Positions 49,062 through 58,317 of a DNA stretch of 64,000 bases are shown one piece after another. Every line of letters begins with the position of its first letter. Position 1 is the first letter of the stretch. The notes under the pieces are model-generated. The model did no database searches. It saw nothing but the letters and a program-made list of their open reading frames with translations, and was not told the origin of the DNA. Both the position numbers and the translations under genes were made by a program. Origin of the DNA: Myxococcota bacterium (lineage in GTDB: Bacteria > Myxococcota_A > Bradymonadia > UBA7976 > UBA1532); assembly GCA_036337435.1 (NCBI GenBank), contig JAYZEG010000069.1, positions 1 to 64,000 on the forward strand. Direction: 5' to 3'.

Positions 49062-51159
49062 CGCGGCGTCGACGGTGACTTAATACAGCCATCAAGAACC
49101 AGAAGAGTGGATTGAGCCCCGTGCCAGCGTGTCCACTGACGACACAGCCTGAGGATTTTGGCCTTCCATTGATGACGATAAACCCACCGCCATTGGCTAC
49201 ACCCCCATCAGGCGTCGTCTCCGCAAAGCCACAGCCCTCGTCGACGAGCCCATCGCAATCATCGTCTTGTTGGTCCTCGCATCGCTCACTTGTCCCAGGG
49301 TTGATGTCAGGCCTATCATCGCGGCAATCATCTCGTGCGCAGAAACCATCTTGGTCACTATCAACACACGCATCGCATCCCTCGTCGATGACACCATCAC
49401 AGTCATCGTCGAGTTGATTGTTACAGGCTTCCGCAGCACCCGGTCGTCGCTGTGAATCTTGGGGCGCGCAATCATCATCGTCGCAGACAGAGTCATTGTC
49501 GGAGTCGGCACACTCTCGCTCACCGACGCACCGACCAAATTCGACCGCTGAGTCTGGATAAAGGTCACACCTTTGGCCGTTGCTGCAATCGGCATCCTGA
49601 TAGCAATTCTCGACACAGGTTGTTCCTCCGTTTGCAAATCGGCAAACCGCGCCATCGACGCAAGTTGTTCGTCCCGCAAAACAGCTTGCACCAATCGGCT
49701 GACTTTCGGTTTCTCTGCAGTACGTGGAACCCCATTGTTCGGCTACACATGCGAATTGTGCGGGACAATCCCCTCCTGTCATCCGGCAATTGTCTGGCGG
49801 CAGGCACGCCAGATATTGTGGACGACACGTCTCAAAAATACACGCTTGGCGAGCCAAGTTGTCATTCATCAGGTTGCTGCAGGCATTACTTTGACACTCA
49901 CTCAGTGCCAAAAATAGGTCTTGGCTATCATAACGCCCGGTTTGAAAGCATGTTTGTGCACATGTCGCATCACTACACCTTTGAACACAGGCGTACAGCT
50001 CAGCGCAGCTGGCCGTACCCTCTTCGCCAAACCCATCGGGTAGACAGAGCTCGGCACTGGCAGCGCATCTATCTCGGATGCAGCGGGTAGATGGCTCAGG
50101 GCAGCGGTCATTCAAACATTGCGAGAATTGATAATAGTGTGATTGAGCCGCTTCGGATCCACTATTCAAACAGTTAAATTGGCAGCCGCCGGCACTGTCG
50201 CAATTCTGAAGGCAATCTGTGATATCACGGCATGTGCCGGTCGCACAGCGCGTATGGTCGCACACACCATTGTTCATACAAGCTTGGCCGCACAAGCAGA
50301 CGTCGCCCTGGCTGCAATCTGGCGCAAGCCCCATACGCGCATCGATCCACGTTTGAAAAGCATCCACGCGTGCTTGAAATGACTGAGTTAGACATGGCGG
50401 ATTGGTTCCAGCGACGGAGCTGTTGATGCCTACGACACGCCATTGACCGCCGATATTGGCGAGCCCTGGTCCCCCTGAATCTCCAAAGCAGACGCCTTGC
50501 CGGTTGTGGTTTGTGAGATAGGCCGAATACGAGACGCCGCCCATTTCAAGGACGGCACTCTTTTTTTGTCCGGAGTCGCTTTCGCCATCTGGATTCGACA
50601 CGCCGTAACCGACATAGGTAATCCCTTGCCCCACAAGATTGTCGATGGGGTCTCGATTGATGGGAAACGGTTCAGCCTCTGCTGCCTCCGTAAGTCGGAC
50701 GATGGCAATGTCGTTCAGACTGATCGAAACGGTCTGCCCTTCGTTCCGATCGTATCCTTCATGCATCCAGAACTCGTCAATTTGATACAGCGTTCCGCTT
50801 CTCATCGGGGCTCCCAGAATGTTGGGTCTTGCATCTGGGCCAGTCATGAAGAACATGTCGTTTGGTCGGAGTCTGAAGCCAAGTTCTCGTGCTTGCTCTT
50901 GGGCCCCAGTGATGCAATGAGCTGCTGTTAGAACCCATCGGGGTGCAATTAAGACAGCACTACAGAAGTGACCGATGAACACCCCGTTCCGCGCTCTCAT
51001 GGTCATTGCGCCAACGCCCTCGAAGCCCCGTTCAATCGCACCGTTTACAATGGGCCTTTCTAGGCGAGTTGTCTTGGTTTCCAGGTTGGAGACAGGTTCA
51101 CAACCGACCAGACAGCCAATGTAGATTGCGAAGTATGCTAGCCATGTTGTTAACTTCAT
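49054..51159 (-). CDS. Surface S1 (chymotrypsin-fold) serine protease with Cys-rich repeats and MYXO-CTERM-like anchor
   Basis: Lipobox LVGC; IVNG mature N-terminus; LTAAHC / NDIA / GDSGGP triad; two DDDCDG..DEGC motifs; GC...hydrophobic...RRRR tail. Confidence 0.9.
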   Translation of the reverse strand: MKLTTWLAYFAIYIGCLVGCEPVSNLETKTTRLERPIVNGAIERGFEGVGAMTMRARNGVFIGHFCSAVLIAPRWVLTAAHCITGAQEQARELGFRLRPNDMFFMTGPDARPNILGAPMRSGTLYQIDEFWMHEGYDRNEGQTVSISLNDIAIVRLTEAAEAEPFPINRDPIDNLVGQGITYVGYGVSNPDGESDSGQKKSAVLEMGGVSYSAYLTNHNRQGVCFGDSGGPGLANIGGQWRVVGINSSVAGTNPPCLTQSFQARVDAFQTWIDARMGLAPDCSQGDVCLCGQACMNNGVCDHTRCATGTCRDITDCLQNCDSAGGCQFNCLNSGSEAAQSHYYQFSQCLNDRCPEPSTRCIRDRCAASAELCLPDGFGEEGTASCAELYACVQRCSDATCAQTCFQTGRYDSQDLFLALSECQSNACSNLMNDNLARQACIFETCRPQYLACLPPDNCRMTGGDCPAQFACVAEQWGSTYCRETESQPIGASCFAGRTTCVDGAVCRFANGGTTCVENCYQDADCSNGQRCDLYPDSAVEFGRCVGERECADSDNDSVCDDDDCAPQDSQRRPGAAEACNNQLDDDCDGVIDEGCDACVDSDQDGFCARDDCRDDRPDINPGTSERCEDQQDDDCDGLVDEGCGFAETTPDGGVANGGGFIVINGRPKSSGCVVSGHAGTGLNPLFWFLMAVLSHRRRRAI

Positions 51160-51240
51160 CGATGACTCCTAAACACAGTTCGCTTGGGCGTTCTGGTTTA
51201 ACCTAGTTTGACCGTCCGAGTCCAGGCTTCTAAACGTTGC

Positions 51241-51262
51241 GAGTCGACACTGGTGTCGATTC
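51241..51262. promoter_or_regulatory. 22-bp palindrome between two divergent surface-protein genes
   Basis: GAGTCGACAC-TG-GTGTCGATTC (9 of 10 arm positions match). Confidence 0.4.
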
Positions 51263-51628
51263 ATCTTTTGGCAAAAAGGTCCGGATCGTTCCCCATCTGA
51301 AGGTCTAAATTAACGATTCGAAATGACATCGTCCCCTAGACGAACAGATTCCCAAAACCGACCACGAGCAGGTCACGGGCTCGAGGTGGTCTCTGAATAC
51401 CCCAGCTGTCGAGGTCTCACAGGTGGGTCTTGATGACCTCATGCCCAGGCCTCGTTTTGTCTGAAAAAAGAGGTCCAAGTCAACAATCTCGATTTGCCGC
51501 AGACCGCTTGGTCTGGCATTATTCTTGTATTGCATAGCCCACAAGAAATCTGGGTGAACACATTTGGTGAAATAGAGACGCCGGTGACCAGCCTGTAAGA
51601 GCGAGGTCGGTGGTGATGGGAGTTGGTT

Positions 51629-54157
51629 GTGAAGCGATTGCAAGTCCACGTAGCGATGCTGGTGATGCTGTGTGTACCACTAGAAGCGAGCGCATTGCTC
51701 ACGCCCTTTGGCATCGAAGTCAACACGGCAATCGAACGGGGTCTAGATAACCTCCGCAACTCTCAGGGAGGCAATGGTGGCTGGGGCGAGCCAACTGGAC
51801 TCGCGATCTTGTGCTTCTTGGAGCGTCGGGCTGGACCGGATTGGAATGCGCCGGCCGTCGGCTATGCGGGCATGAATAACGAAGATAAAGACCGCGTGCA
51901 GCGCGGAATCCGTTACTGCATGAACTCGATCCCGGGATTCAATAACGATACGCCCAATTCGTATCAGACGGGCTCCTGCCTGATGGGCATGAGCCTCTAC
52001 CTGGTGACGGGAGGCCCTGACAACGTCAACGGCAACATGCCGGTGAGTGAGGCCATCCGAAATGGCGTCAATGCTCTTCAGCGGACTCAGGGGCGACAGG
52101 GGTCAAATCAAGGTGGTTGGAACTACACAACGCCAGACAACAGCGGAGATTTGTCGACAGCTCAATTTTCCATGGCTGGCCTATCTGCAGCAGCAGCATT
52201 AATTCCAAATGCTGACTCAACACTACCGAACGCAGCTCAGTTCATACGAAATACGCAAAACGGGGACGGTGGGCATAAATACCGAAGTGGTGGAAACTAT
52301 CGGTCCACGTCGACCATGAGCGCCTCAGGTCTTTGGACCTACCGGCTTGCCGGCCGTGTCACTGGCGATGGAGACGTTCAGCGCAGTTTGAGCTGGATGC
52401 GCAACAACTATCGATACGACAGCATTATTCAGATCAACGGCTGGCCCGGCCAATATTATTATCTCTGGGCCGCGGCCAAAGGGTTTGAGGTGACCGGCGA
52501 TGATGGCAGCGGAAATTTCCTGTTCTCGGAAGAGATCGGTGGGGTTCGTGATCCGGCTGCAGATGGCTATCCGGAAGAATCGCCACGTTGGTATTATGAT
52601 TTCGCATGGTGGCTCGTCAATAACCAAAACGGAAATGGGGGCTGGTCAAATCCACGGGCCTGGAACAATACATCAGCAACGGCGTTTTCAATTCTCGTTC
52701 TCCAGCGGTCGCTTGGGGGTGTTTGTATCATCGACCAAGACGACGATGGGCTGTGTAATGTCGAGGACAACTGTCCCGATATCGCCAACCCAGATCAGGC
52801 AGACCAAGACGGTGATGGCGTTGGTGACCCTTGTGATAATTGTCCGGATGTCGAAAATCCTGACCAGCTCGATGAAGACGGCGATACGATTGGTGATGCC
52901 TGCGACCCATATGTCTGTACGCCAGATGGAATGGAAGACCTGTGTGATGGACTCGACAACGATTGTGACGAACGCATTGATGAAGGGCCCAACGGGGCTG
53001 GTGCCGTCGCGCCTGGACCGTGCGCAACGGGGCAGACAGGCCTCTGTGCTGAAGGCACGCGTGCATGCATCGATGGGATGATCGTATGTAACCCAAATTT
53101 CAGTCCCGCAGAAGAAGTCTGCGACGGCCTGGACAACGATTGTGACCAACTGATCGATGAAAATCTGATCGGTGCGTGTGGACGGTGTACGGACCTCGAT
53201 GAAGAACTGTGCAATGGTATCGACGATGATTGTGATGGCGAAACCGATGAGGACGACCCATGTCCCGACAATGAAGTCTGCTTCGAGGGTGAATGTCGTG
53301 ACCCATGCGCGGGCAACGAATGTTTGGGTGAAGGCCTAATTTGTAATCGCGCCGAAAACTTATGTACGCGGCCCTGTGATGGCGTGGTGTGCCCACTCGG
53401 CCAGGTTTGTGACCCGATGACTGCCCAATGCACTGATCCATGTGCTGGCGCGCCCGCCTGTCCCGAAGGCCAGAGGTGCTGGCTTGGTGAATGTCAACCC
53501 GACGATTGTGTCACGACCGGCTGCGCTGATGGATCCATTTGCAACGGTGTAGAGTGTGTTCCTGATCCATGTGCATCTGCGGACTGCGACTTGGGTGAGT
53601 TTTGTCGAGATGGGCAGTGCATCCCCAGTTGTGCCGAGGTGGCTTGCCCACTCTTTGAATCCTGCGTTGATGGAGCGTGTGAACCGGATCCGTGTGGTGG
53701 CGTTCGTTGTCCCGAGGGTCAAGCTTGTGTCCTAGGCGATTGTATCGGAGACCCTTGCGCCGGTGTTGACTGTCGAGATGGTGAGACCTGTGTGGACGGA
53801 GAATGCATATTTAACGGATGCCGAGACCAAGATTGTCCTCCAGGGCAGGTCTGCATTGTCGTCAATGGCAGTCGACAGTGTGTCTATGAGCATCGGTCAG
53901 ACCCACCACTTACGCCCGGGCCTGAGCGCGATGCTGGAATGCCACTTGACTCGGCCTTCGATTCCACCGTTGGAAATAACCCAGGTGCTTTCGATTCAGG
54001 TCTACAGAATCCAACGCCAAACACCCCTGCCGCGGCCGAACCGGAAGCTGTATCCGGGTGCAATTGTGACCTTCAATCCTCCAGCGGAAGTGGGTTGAGT
54101 TGGTGGGCTCTGCTCATGATTTTGGGACTTCGTGCCCTATGGCGTCGAGAGGCCTAG
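51629..54157 (+). CDS. Surface protein: prenyltransferase/squalene-cyclase-like QW-repeat domain, thrombospondin type-3 repeats, Cys-rich stalk, MYXO-CTERM-like anchor
   Basis: Q...GGW repeats; DNCP...NPDQ.D.DGDG.GD.CD; CDGLDNDCD..IDE; DPC.GV.C..G..C..G.C repeats; GCNC...WWALLMILGL..WRR. Confidence 0.85.
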   Translation: MKRLQVHVAMLVMLCVPLEASALLTPFGIEVNTAIERGLDNLRNSQGGNGGWGEPTGLAILCFLERRAGPDWNAPAVGYAGMNNEDKDRVQRGIRYCMNSIPGFNNDTPNSYQTGSCLMGMSLYLVTGGPDNVNGNMPVSEAIRNGVNALQRTQGRQGSNQGGWNYTTPDNSGDLSTAQFSMAGLSAAAALIPNADSTLPNAAQFIRNTQNGDGGHKYRSGGNYRSTSTMSASGLWTYRLAGRVTGDGDVQRSLSWMRNNYRYDSIIQINGWPGQYYYLWAAAKGFEVTGDDGSGNFLFSEEIGGVRDPAADGYPEESPRWYYDFAWWLVNNQNGNGGWSNPRAWNNTSATAFSILVLQRSLGGVCIIDQDDDGLCNVEDNCPDIANPDQADQDGDGVGDPCDNCPDVENPDQLDEDGDTIGDACDPYVCTPDGMEDLCDGLDNDCDERIDEGPNGAGAVAPGPCATGQTGLCAEGTRACIDGMIVCNPNFSPAEEVCDGLDNDCDQLIDENLIGACGRCTDLDEELCNGIDDDCDGETDEDDPCPDNEVCFEGECRDPCAGNECLGEGLICNRAENLCTRPCDGVVCPLGQVCDPMTAQCTDPCAGAPACPEGQRCWLGECQPDDCVTTGCADGSICNGVECVPDPCASADCDLGEFCRDGQCIPSCAEVACPLFESCVDGACEPDPCGGVRCPEGQACVLGDCIGDPCAGVDCRDGETCVDGECIFNGCRDQDCPPGQVCIVVNGSRQCVYEHRSDPPLTPGPERDAGMPLDSAFDSTVGNNPGAFDSGLQNPTPNTPAAAEPEAVSGCNCDLQSSSGSGLSWWALLMILGLRALWRREA

Positions 54158-54175
54158 CCACCTGTATAAAGGCAT

Positions 54176-54946
54176 CTAGTTGCCGGTGCCGATCTGGGCG
54201 ACATGCTCACTTCTAATCCATGCGCCCTGTCCGTTAGGTAGTGTGACTTGCTGCCACTTACCGTCCTCGCCGCCGAGCCTGACTTTGACGCTATTGGAGA
54301 CTTGTGCCTGGGTATCATATTGCTGCCCAGGCCCGCGGTACGCCGTTGTATCGTCGAGAAGAACCCCATATCTAGCATCGTCAATAATGTAACTTCGAGA
54401 GATCAGTAGCCCACCGGCGCAGGTAGCGACGAGGCCCGTGATAATCAGCACGAGGCTCAGGCTTGCTCTTCGACGCGCCGTGCTCATGAGTAAATACCAA
54501 CACGAAAATAAGAGGCACCACGAGACAGCAAATGCGATTCGAATCGGCGTCAGCGGGATTGAAGAAAGCAGACCTGTACCCAAATCGTCGGAACCAGGTA
54601 GAACCAATGTACCGGCTTGTGAACGGGCCAGTGCTTTATCTAGAACCCATGCTTTGACAGCATCGAGATTGAAGCGCGCATCTTTGTGGTCAGGTTGCAG
54701 CCAAAGAGCTGTTTCTAGTGCATGGGTTGCTTGTCCCATACGGCCCGCTTGTGCTTCAGCAGTCCCTAAATTGAACCATAAATCGGCTTGCCTCGGATGC
54801 GTCTCGATGAGGCTGCGATAGGTTGCCGCAGCCGTGCCAAATTTACCCGACCAAAACGATTTTTGAGCGCGTTCGAGTCCCGGAGATGCGCTTGCCAAAC
54901 CGACCCAATAGACGATTGCCAGGCAAAAGCCCAAAACGTACTTCAT
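54176..54946 (-). CDS. batE: BatE-like TPR plus SH3 membrane protein
   Basis: WFNLGTA...ETAL.L.P...DARFNL; two TMs; GP...W.QV.L.NG..AWI; operon position. Confidence 0.8.
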   Translation of the reverse strand: MKYVLGFCLAIVYWVGLASASPGLERAQKSFWSGKFGTAAATYRSLIETHPRQADLWFNLGTAEAQAGRMGQATHALETALWLQPDHKDARFNLDAVKAWVLDKALARSQAGTLVLPGSDDLGTGLLSSIPLTPIRIAFAVSWCLLFSCWYLLMSTARRRASLSLVLIITGLVATCAGGLLISRSYIIDDARYGVLLDDTTAYRGPGQQYDTQAQVSNSVKVRLGGEDGKWQQVTLPNGQGAWIRSEHVAQIGTGN

Positions 54947-56742
54947 TGACCTTCGGCCTCCATCTGGCTAATCAATTCATTGACTCGCTGCACAGTTTGT
55001 TGAAGGTCACCGGCGTCACCGGCTCGTGCGAAACGAGCAAACTCAATGGCTTCCATCTGTTCTGTCAATCCGCGGGCTGTCGCTTTCGATACGCCAGTTT
55101 TCATTAAGAGCGTCGTGATTTGGTCAAATGTCTTACCTTTAATGTTCACTTGAAAGCGCTGGCTAACGAAATCCACAACGATCGAATGCGTTTTTCTGTA
55201 CCCATCAGCCAAATCTTTAGATTTGCTGATCTGAGCCAGGCGCTGCTTGGCTGCACTGCCCGCATTCTTTGCAGCCCGCTCATCGGCCGTTGCAAATCGA
55301 TGTTTGCGAACCATGCCGAGGAGCAACATCAGCATAAAAACAGCAGGCGTGCCAGCGACCACACTCATAAACCAGGTGGGTGTCCGACTCCCCGATGCAG
55401 CCACATCCAGATCGATCGAGTCTCGTATTGAGTGAAGCTTGATCTCTTTTCGGCTCGATCCATCTGTTGACCCGTCTCCCATTTTTGGCTGACTTTGTCC
55501 GGTCACTTGGACAGTATACTGTTGCGTTCGAGCGGTTTTATAACGACCCGTTCCAGGGTCGAAATAGGCCAATTTGAGCGATGGTATGACCATTTTACCC
55601 GCTTGGTTTGGCCGAACAAGCCAGACCTGTTTTCGGATATTTATTTTCCGTTGGCCCCGTTGAATCGATTGGGTTTTGGTTGGCGATGGAAATACTCGAT
55701 AAGTTGGGCTATCAGGTAACTTGAATTCCGGCACGTTGGCAATCAAGCCCTCCATTCTGAGTTCGACGCTTAACTCAACACCCTCCGTAGCCTTAATCCG
55801 CCTTCGATCAATGCGCCCTCGCAATCGGGTTTTACCCACTACGATGCCCCGATAGTTTTTTGGGCGTCCAGCTTTGGGTAGGGGACGGACTTCAATATCG
55901 AGTTTTGGCGCCGCCCGGTTAATGGTCTGCGCTCGACCTCGGCGAAAGAATCCTCCGGATGACAATTCTATCTGGGCTTCAATGGGAGGCAGACTTAACT
56001 GTCCAGAACGCATCGGATAAAGGGTATACTGCGCGATGGAGTCTTTAATGAAAGCATACTCACCGATTTGAACTCGTTGGGCCCGACCTGATTCCCCCTT
56101 GGACTCTTCATTCCAGAATCCCGAGAGGTCAATTTTTCCTGGGTCAAGGCGACTGACCCGAAGTCCCTGGCGATAGTGAATATAGAGTTGAGCTTGGATA
56201 GGTTCGCCCAGCCATACTGCACTGCGGTCGATTTCCCATGTAAGGAAAGCATACTCATCAGGTGCACCGCCTGTTGGTGCCGAATCATCCGACGGATTTG
56301 TTGTCGATGATTGGCCGCCGGAGGGTGGTGAACCGGTTTGCCCACCTGCTTGGGTTACTGTGACGATGACCGATTCTGACTTATACCGCTTCTGCCCAAC
56401 CTTCAGCGAAAAGGGAGAAATTTTAAGTTGACCGGTTTTGCTCGGTTGCAACTGTAGGTCGAGAATCGTGATCTTCTGCTGTCTGCTGGAGTCGTAGGTT
56501 GTCCGCTTGAATTGACCAACGACCGTCCAGTCGAGAAGAGATGGGGCTTCAAGGGAACCTTGATTATTGGATTGGCCCTGAATTGCAACTTGAACATTCA
56601 CGGTGACCGTTTGACCGATTTCGATCCGCTTGGGAGAGACGCTTACGTTGAGTGATGTCTCGGCCTGTCCGACCAGTGGAGCGAACAAGACTGCCCACAT
56701 AACAAGAAAGCGTCTGCGAATGTTCGAAAGTGCCACCGACAT
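54943..56742 (-). CDS. batD: BatD-family protein
   Basis: Signal peptide; repeated Ig-like units (P.K.G.L.I.P), YFDP.TG.Y; C-terminal TM; operon position. Confidence 0.85.
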   Translation of the reverse strand: MSVALSNIRRRFLVMWAVLFAPLVGQAETSLNVSVSPKRIEIGQTVTVNVQVAIQGQSNNQGSLEAPSLLDWTVVGQFKRTTYDSSRQQKITILDLQLQPSKTGQLKISPFSLKVGQKRYKSESVIVTVTQAGGQTGSPPSGGQSSTTNPSDDSAPTGGAPDEYAFLTWEIDRSAVWLGEPIQAQLYIHYRQGLRVSRLDPGKIDLSGFWNEESKGESGRAQRVQIGEYAFIKDSIAQYTLYPMRSGQLSLPPIEAQIELSSGGFFRRGRAQTINRAAPKLDIEVRPLPKAGRPKNYRGIVVGKTRLRGRIDRRRIKATEGVELSVELRMEGLIANVPEFKLPDSPTYRVFPSPTKTQSIQRGQRKINIRKQVWLVRPNQAGKMVIPSLKLAYFDPGTGRYKTARTQQYTVQVTGQSQPKMGDGSTDGSSRKEIKLHSIRDSIDLDVAASGSRTPTWFMSVVAGTPAVFMLMLLLGMVRKHRFATADERAAKNAGSAAKQRLAQISKSKDLADGYRKTHSIVVDFVSQRFQVNIKGKTFDQITTLLMKTGVSKATARGLTEQMEAIEFARFARAGDAGDLQQTVQRVNELISQMEAEGQ

Positions 56743-56751
56743 CTGTTTTGC

Positions 56752-58317
56752 CTAGTAATCTTCCATTTGAGGCACGACCCTCAAGTTGCGAAGCGCTTTC
56801 TCCAATTGCGGGTTTTTTTTGTGTTGGTCAAGGGCATCGATCAACTTCTGTAGGTCCATTTGTTTCGAGTTGGCCTGCTCTTGCTCTTGTTTTTTCTGTT
56901 GGTCTTTTTGGTCTTTTTGGTCTTTTTGGTCTTGCTGGTCTTTCTGGTCTTGGTCCTGATTCTCGTTGTCGCCTTCACTGTCGTCGGGCGGATTGATCTT
57001 CACCTGATAGGTATTTTCTCGTTGTGTTGATGGGGCGATGCGCACCAAGACGTTCTGTACCTTGTCTGCTTTCGCCACCGAGATTTGACGCCCGCCATGA
57101 CCTAAACGGCCGTCCTCGAGTTTGTTTACACCCGCTTGGTCATAGAGACTCACATCCAACGGAGCCCGGTCGGGGTCGAAGGCAACCTGAATTTGTCGCG
57201 CCTCGTCTTTTGGAATCGTGACCTTGAACCAGTCTGCGTCTCCAGGACAGGCTTTGAGGCCTGGAGAGTCTCCATCTTTGAGTTCCTTGGCCGTTGAAGG
57301 ACTGTCATTGTCTTCCTGCTGATCGTCTACGGGACACGGAGGGACGGCTTCGACACGCACGTTGTATTTGTACTCGGCCTTTCCGGGTCCGCTGAGCCCA
57401 AACCGATATGTTCCAGTTGTACGCAACCCCGTGTAGCCAACAATTGCTTTGCCATCCTTCACGCGAGCCGTGCGCATGGGTCTGTCATTGTCAGGGCCGT
57501 ACAGTTCCAGAGTAATCACGCGGTTTTCTGCATCGCTCGTATCGATCTCCCCGTCCGTCGTAATGAACAAAATCGCGTCTTTTTCAGCCTCCACGGTGTA
57601 CCAGTCAGCGTTACCGGGACAAAGTACGCGGTCTTTTGCTTTTTCCGGATCATACGCTTTGGCGTTCTCTCGGTTGTCGTCTGGTTCATGATCGTCATCT
57701 CGCTTGTGGCAGGCAGGGTTTGCTTGATGCCATGCATATTCAAGATTCCAGCGTGCATCTTCATCTTTTGGATCGAAACTCAGGACGCGCAGAAACTCTA
57801 CTTGAGCATCATCCCAATTGCCTTGTTCCATGGCGACCAAACCTCGGTTGAAGGCAATGCGATTTCGCAGGGTGTCAATCCGCTTTGTTTGTTCAGGATG
57901 AGCACTTTCCTTGCTCTGCTGCTTTTTGTCGAGAAGTGCATCGAGTTCGGCAACGGCCCGATATGCCTGGTCTAATGCGGCTTTCGAATCATCGAATTTA
58001 GTCGCTGGAGCCTCGGCTTTTTCATCTGCGAGACCTGCATCGCCACGAACGACCGCCTCCGGCTGGACCTTTTGCGGGCTCTTGCTCTCCGGTTTTGTCA
58101 AATGAGCAACGCCGCGGACAAGGTGGACTTCAGGAGCATCGTCTCCAAAGCCCTGCAAACGCATCAAAGCACCCTGAGAATCTGCCCTACGGATCTGCTC
58201 TCTCGCCCCCTCGATGGTGGTATCATTACACGTGAAGGGTCCAAACCCGACGAGGAAGAGGGTCATCATGAGGAGCCGTCCGCGTATGCCGCGTCGAAAA
58301 AGTCGGTCTACGCTCAT
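56752..58317 (-). CDS. BatC-like TPR protein with two inserted pre-peptidase C-terminal (PPC)-like domains
   Basis: FNRG...DP.DEDARWNLE TPR; two DD..E.[DN]D...AK...CPG.ADW[YF] units; Q/D/K-rich linker; LIDALD...EDY tail; lies between batB and batD. Confidence 0.75.
   Translation of the reverse strand: MSVDRLFRRGIRGRLLMMTLFLVGFGPFTCNDTTIEGAREQIRRADSQGALMRLQGFGDDAPEVHLVRGVAHLTKPESKSPQKVQPEAVVRGDAGLADEKAEAPATKFDDSKAALDQAYRAVAELDALLDKKQQSKESAHPEQTKRIDTLRNRIAFNRGLVAMEQGNWDDAQVEFLRVLSFDPKDEDARWNLEYAWHQANPACHKRDDDHEPDDNRENAKAYDPEKAKDRVLCPGNADWYTVEAEKDAILFITTDGEIDTSDAENRVITLELYGPDNDRPMRTARVKDGKAIVGYTGLRTTGTYRFGLSGPGKAEYKYNVRVEAVPPCPVDDQQEDNDSPSTAKELKDGDSPGLKACPGDADWFKVTIPKDEARQIQVAFDPDRAPLDVSLYDQAGVNKLEDGRLGHGGRQISVAKADKVQNVLVRIAPSTQRENTYQVKINPPDDSEGDNENQDQDQKDQQDQKDQKDQKDQQKKQEQEQANSKQMDLQKLIDALDQHKKNPQLEKALRNLRVVPQMEDY
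56900..56950. repeat. 9-bp coding microsatellite (TGGTCTTTT, about 5 copies) encoding (KDQ)n
   Basis: Three perfect and two imperfect copies starting at 56900. Confidence 0.85.

Noticed and set aside
49112..50090. Plus-strand ORFs of 101-212 aa
   Set aside because: Antisense shadows of the protease's Cys-rich region.
51305..51759. Minus-strand ORFs (114 and 106 aa) in the divergent intergenic region
   Set aside because: They overlap the start of the plus-strand gene and lack protein-like features; the region is more likely regulatory DNA.
52688..53722. Long antisense ORFs over the Cys-rich surface gene (e.g. 52795-53433)
   Set aside because: Shadow frames of a repetitive, compositionally biased CDS; no recognisable motifs.
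51629..54157. Calling this protein TraA or a squalene-hopene cyclase
   Set aside because: There is no adjacent traB-like OmpA/beta-barrel gene, no cyclase catalytic motif, and only one toroid-sized domain on an exported stalk.
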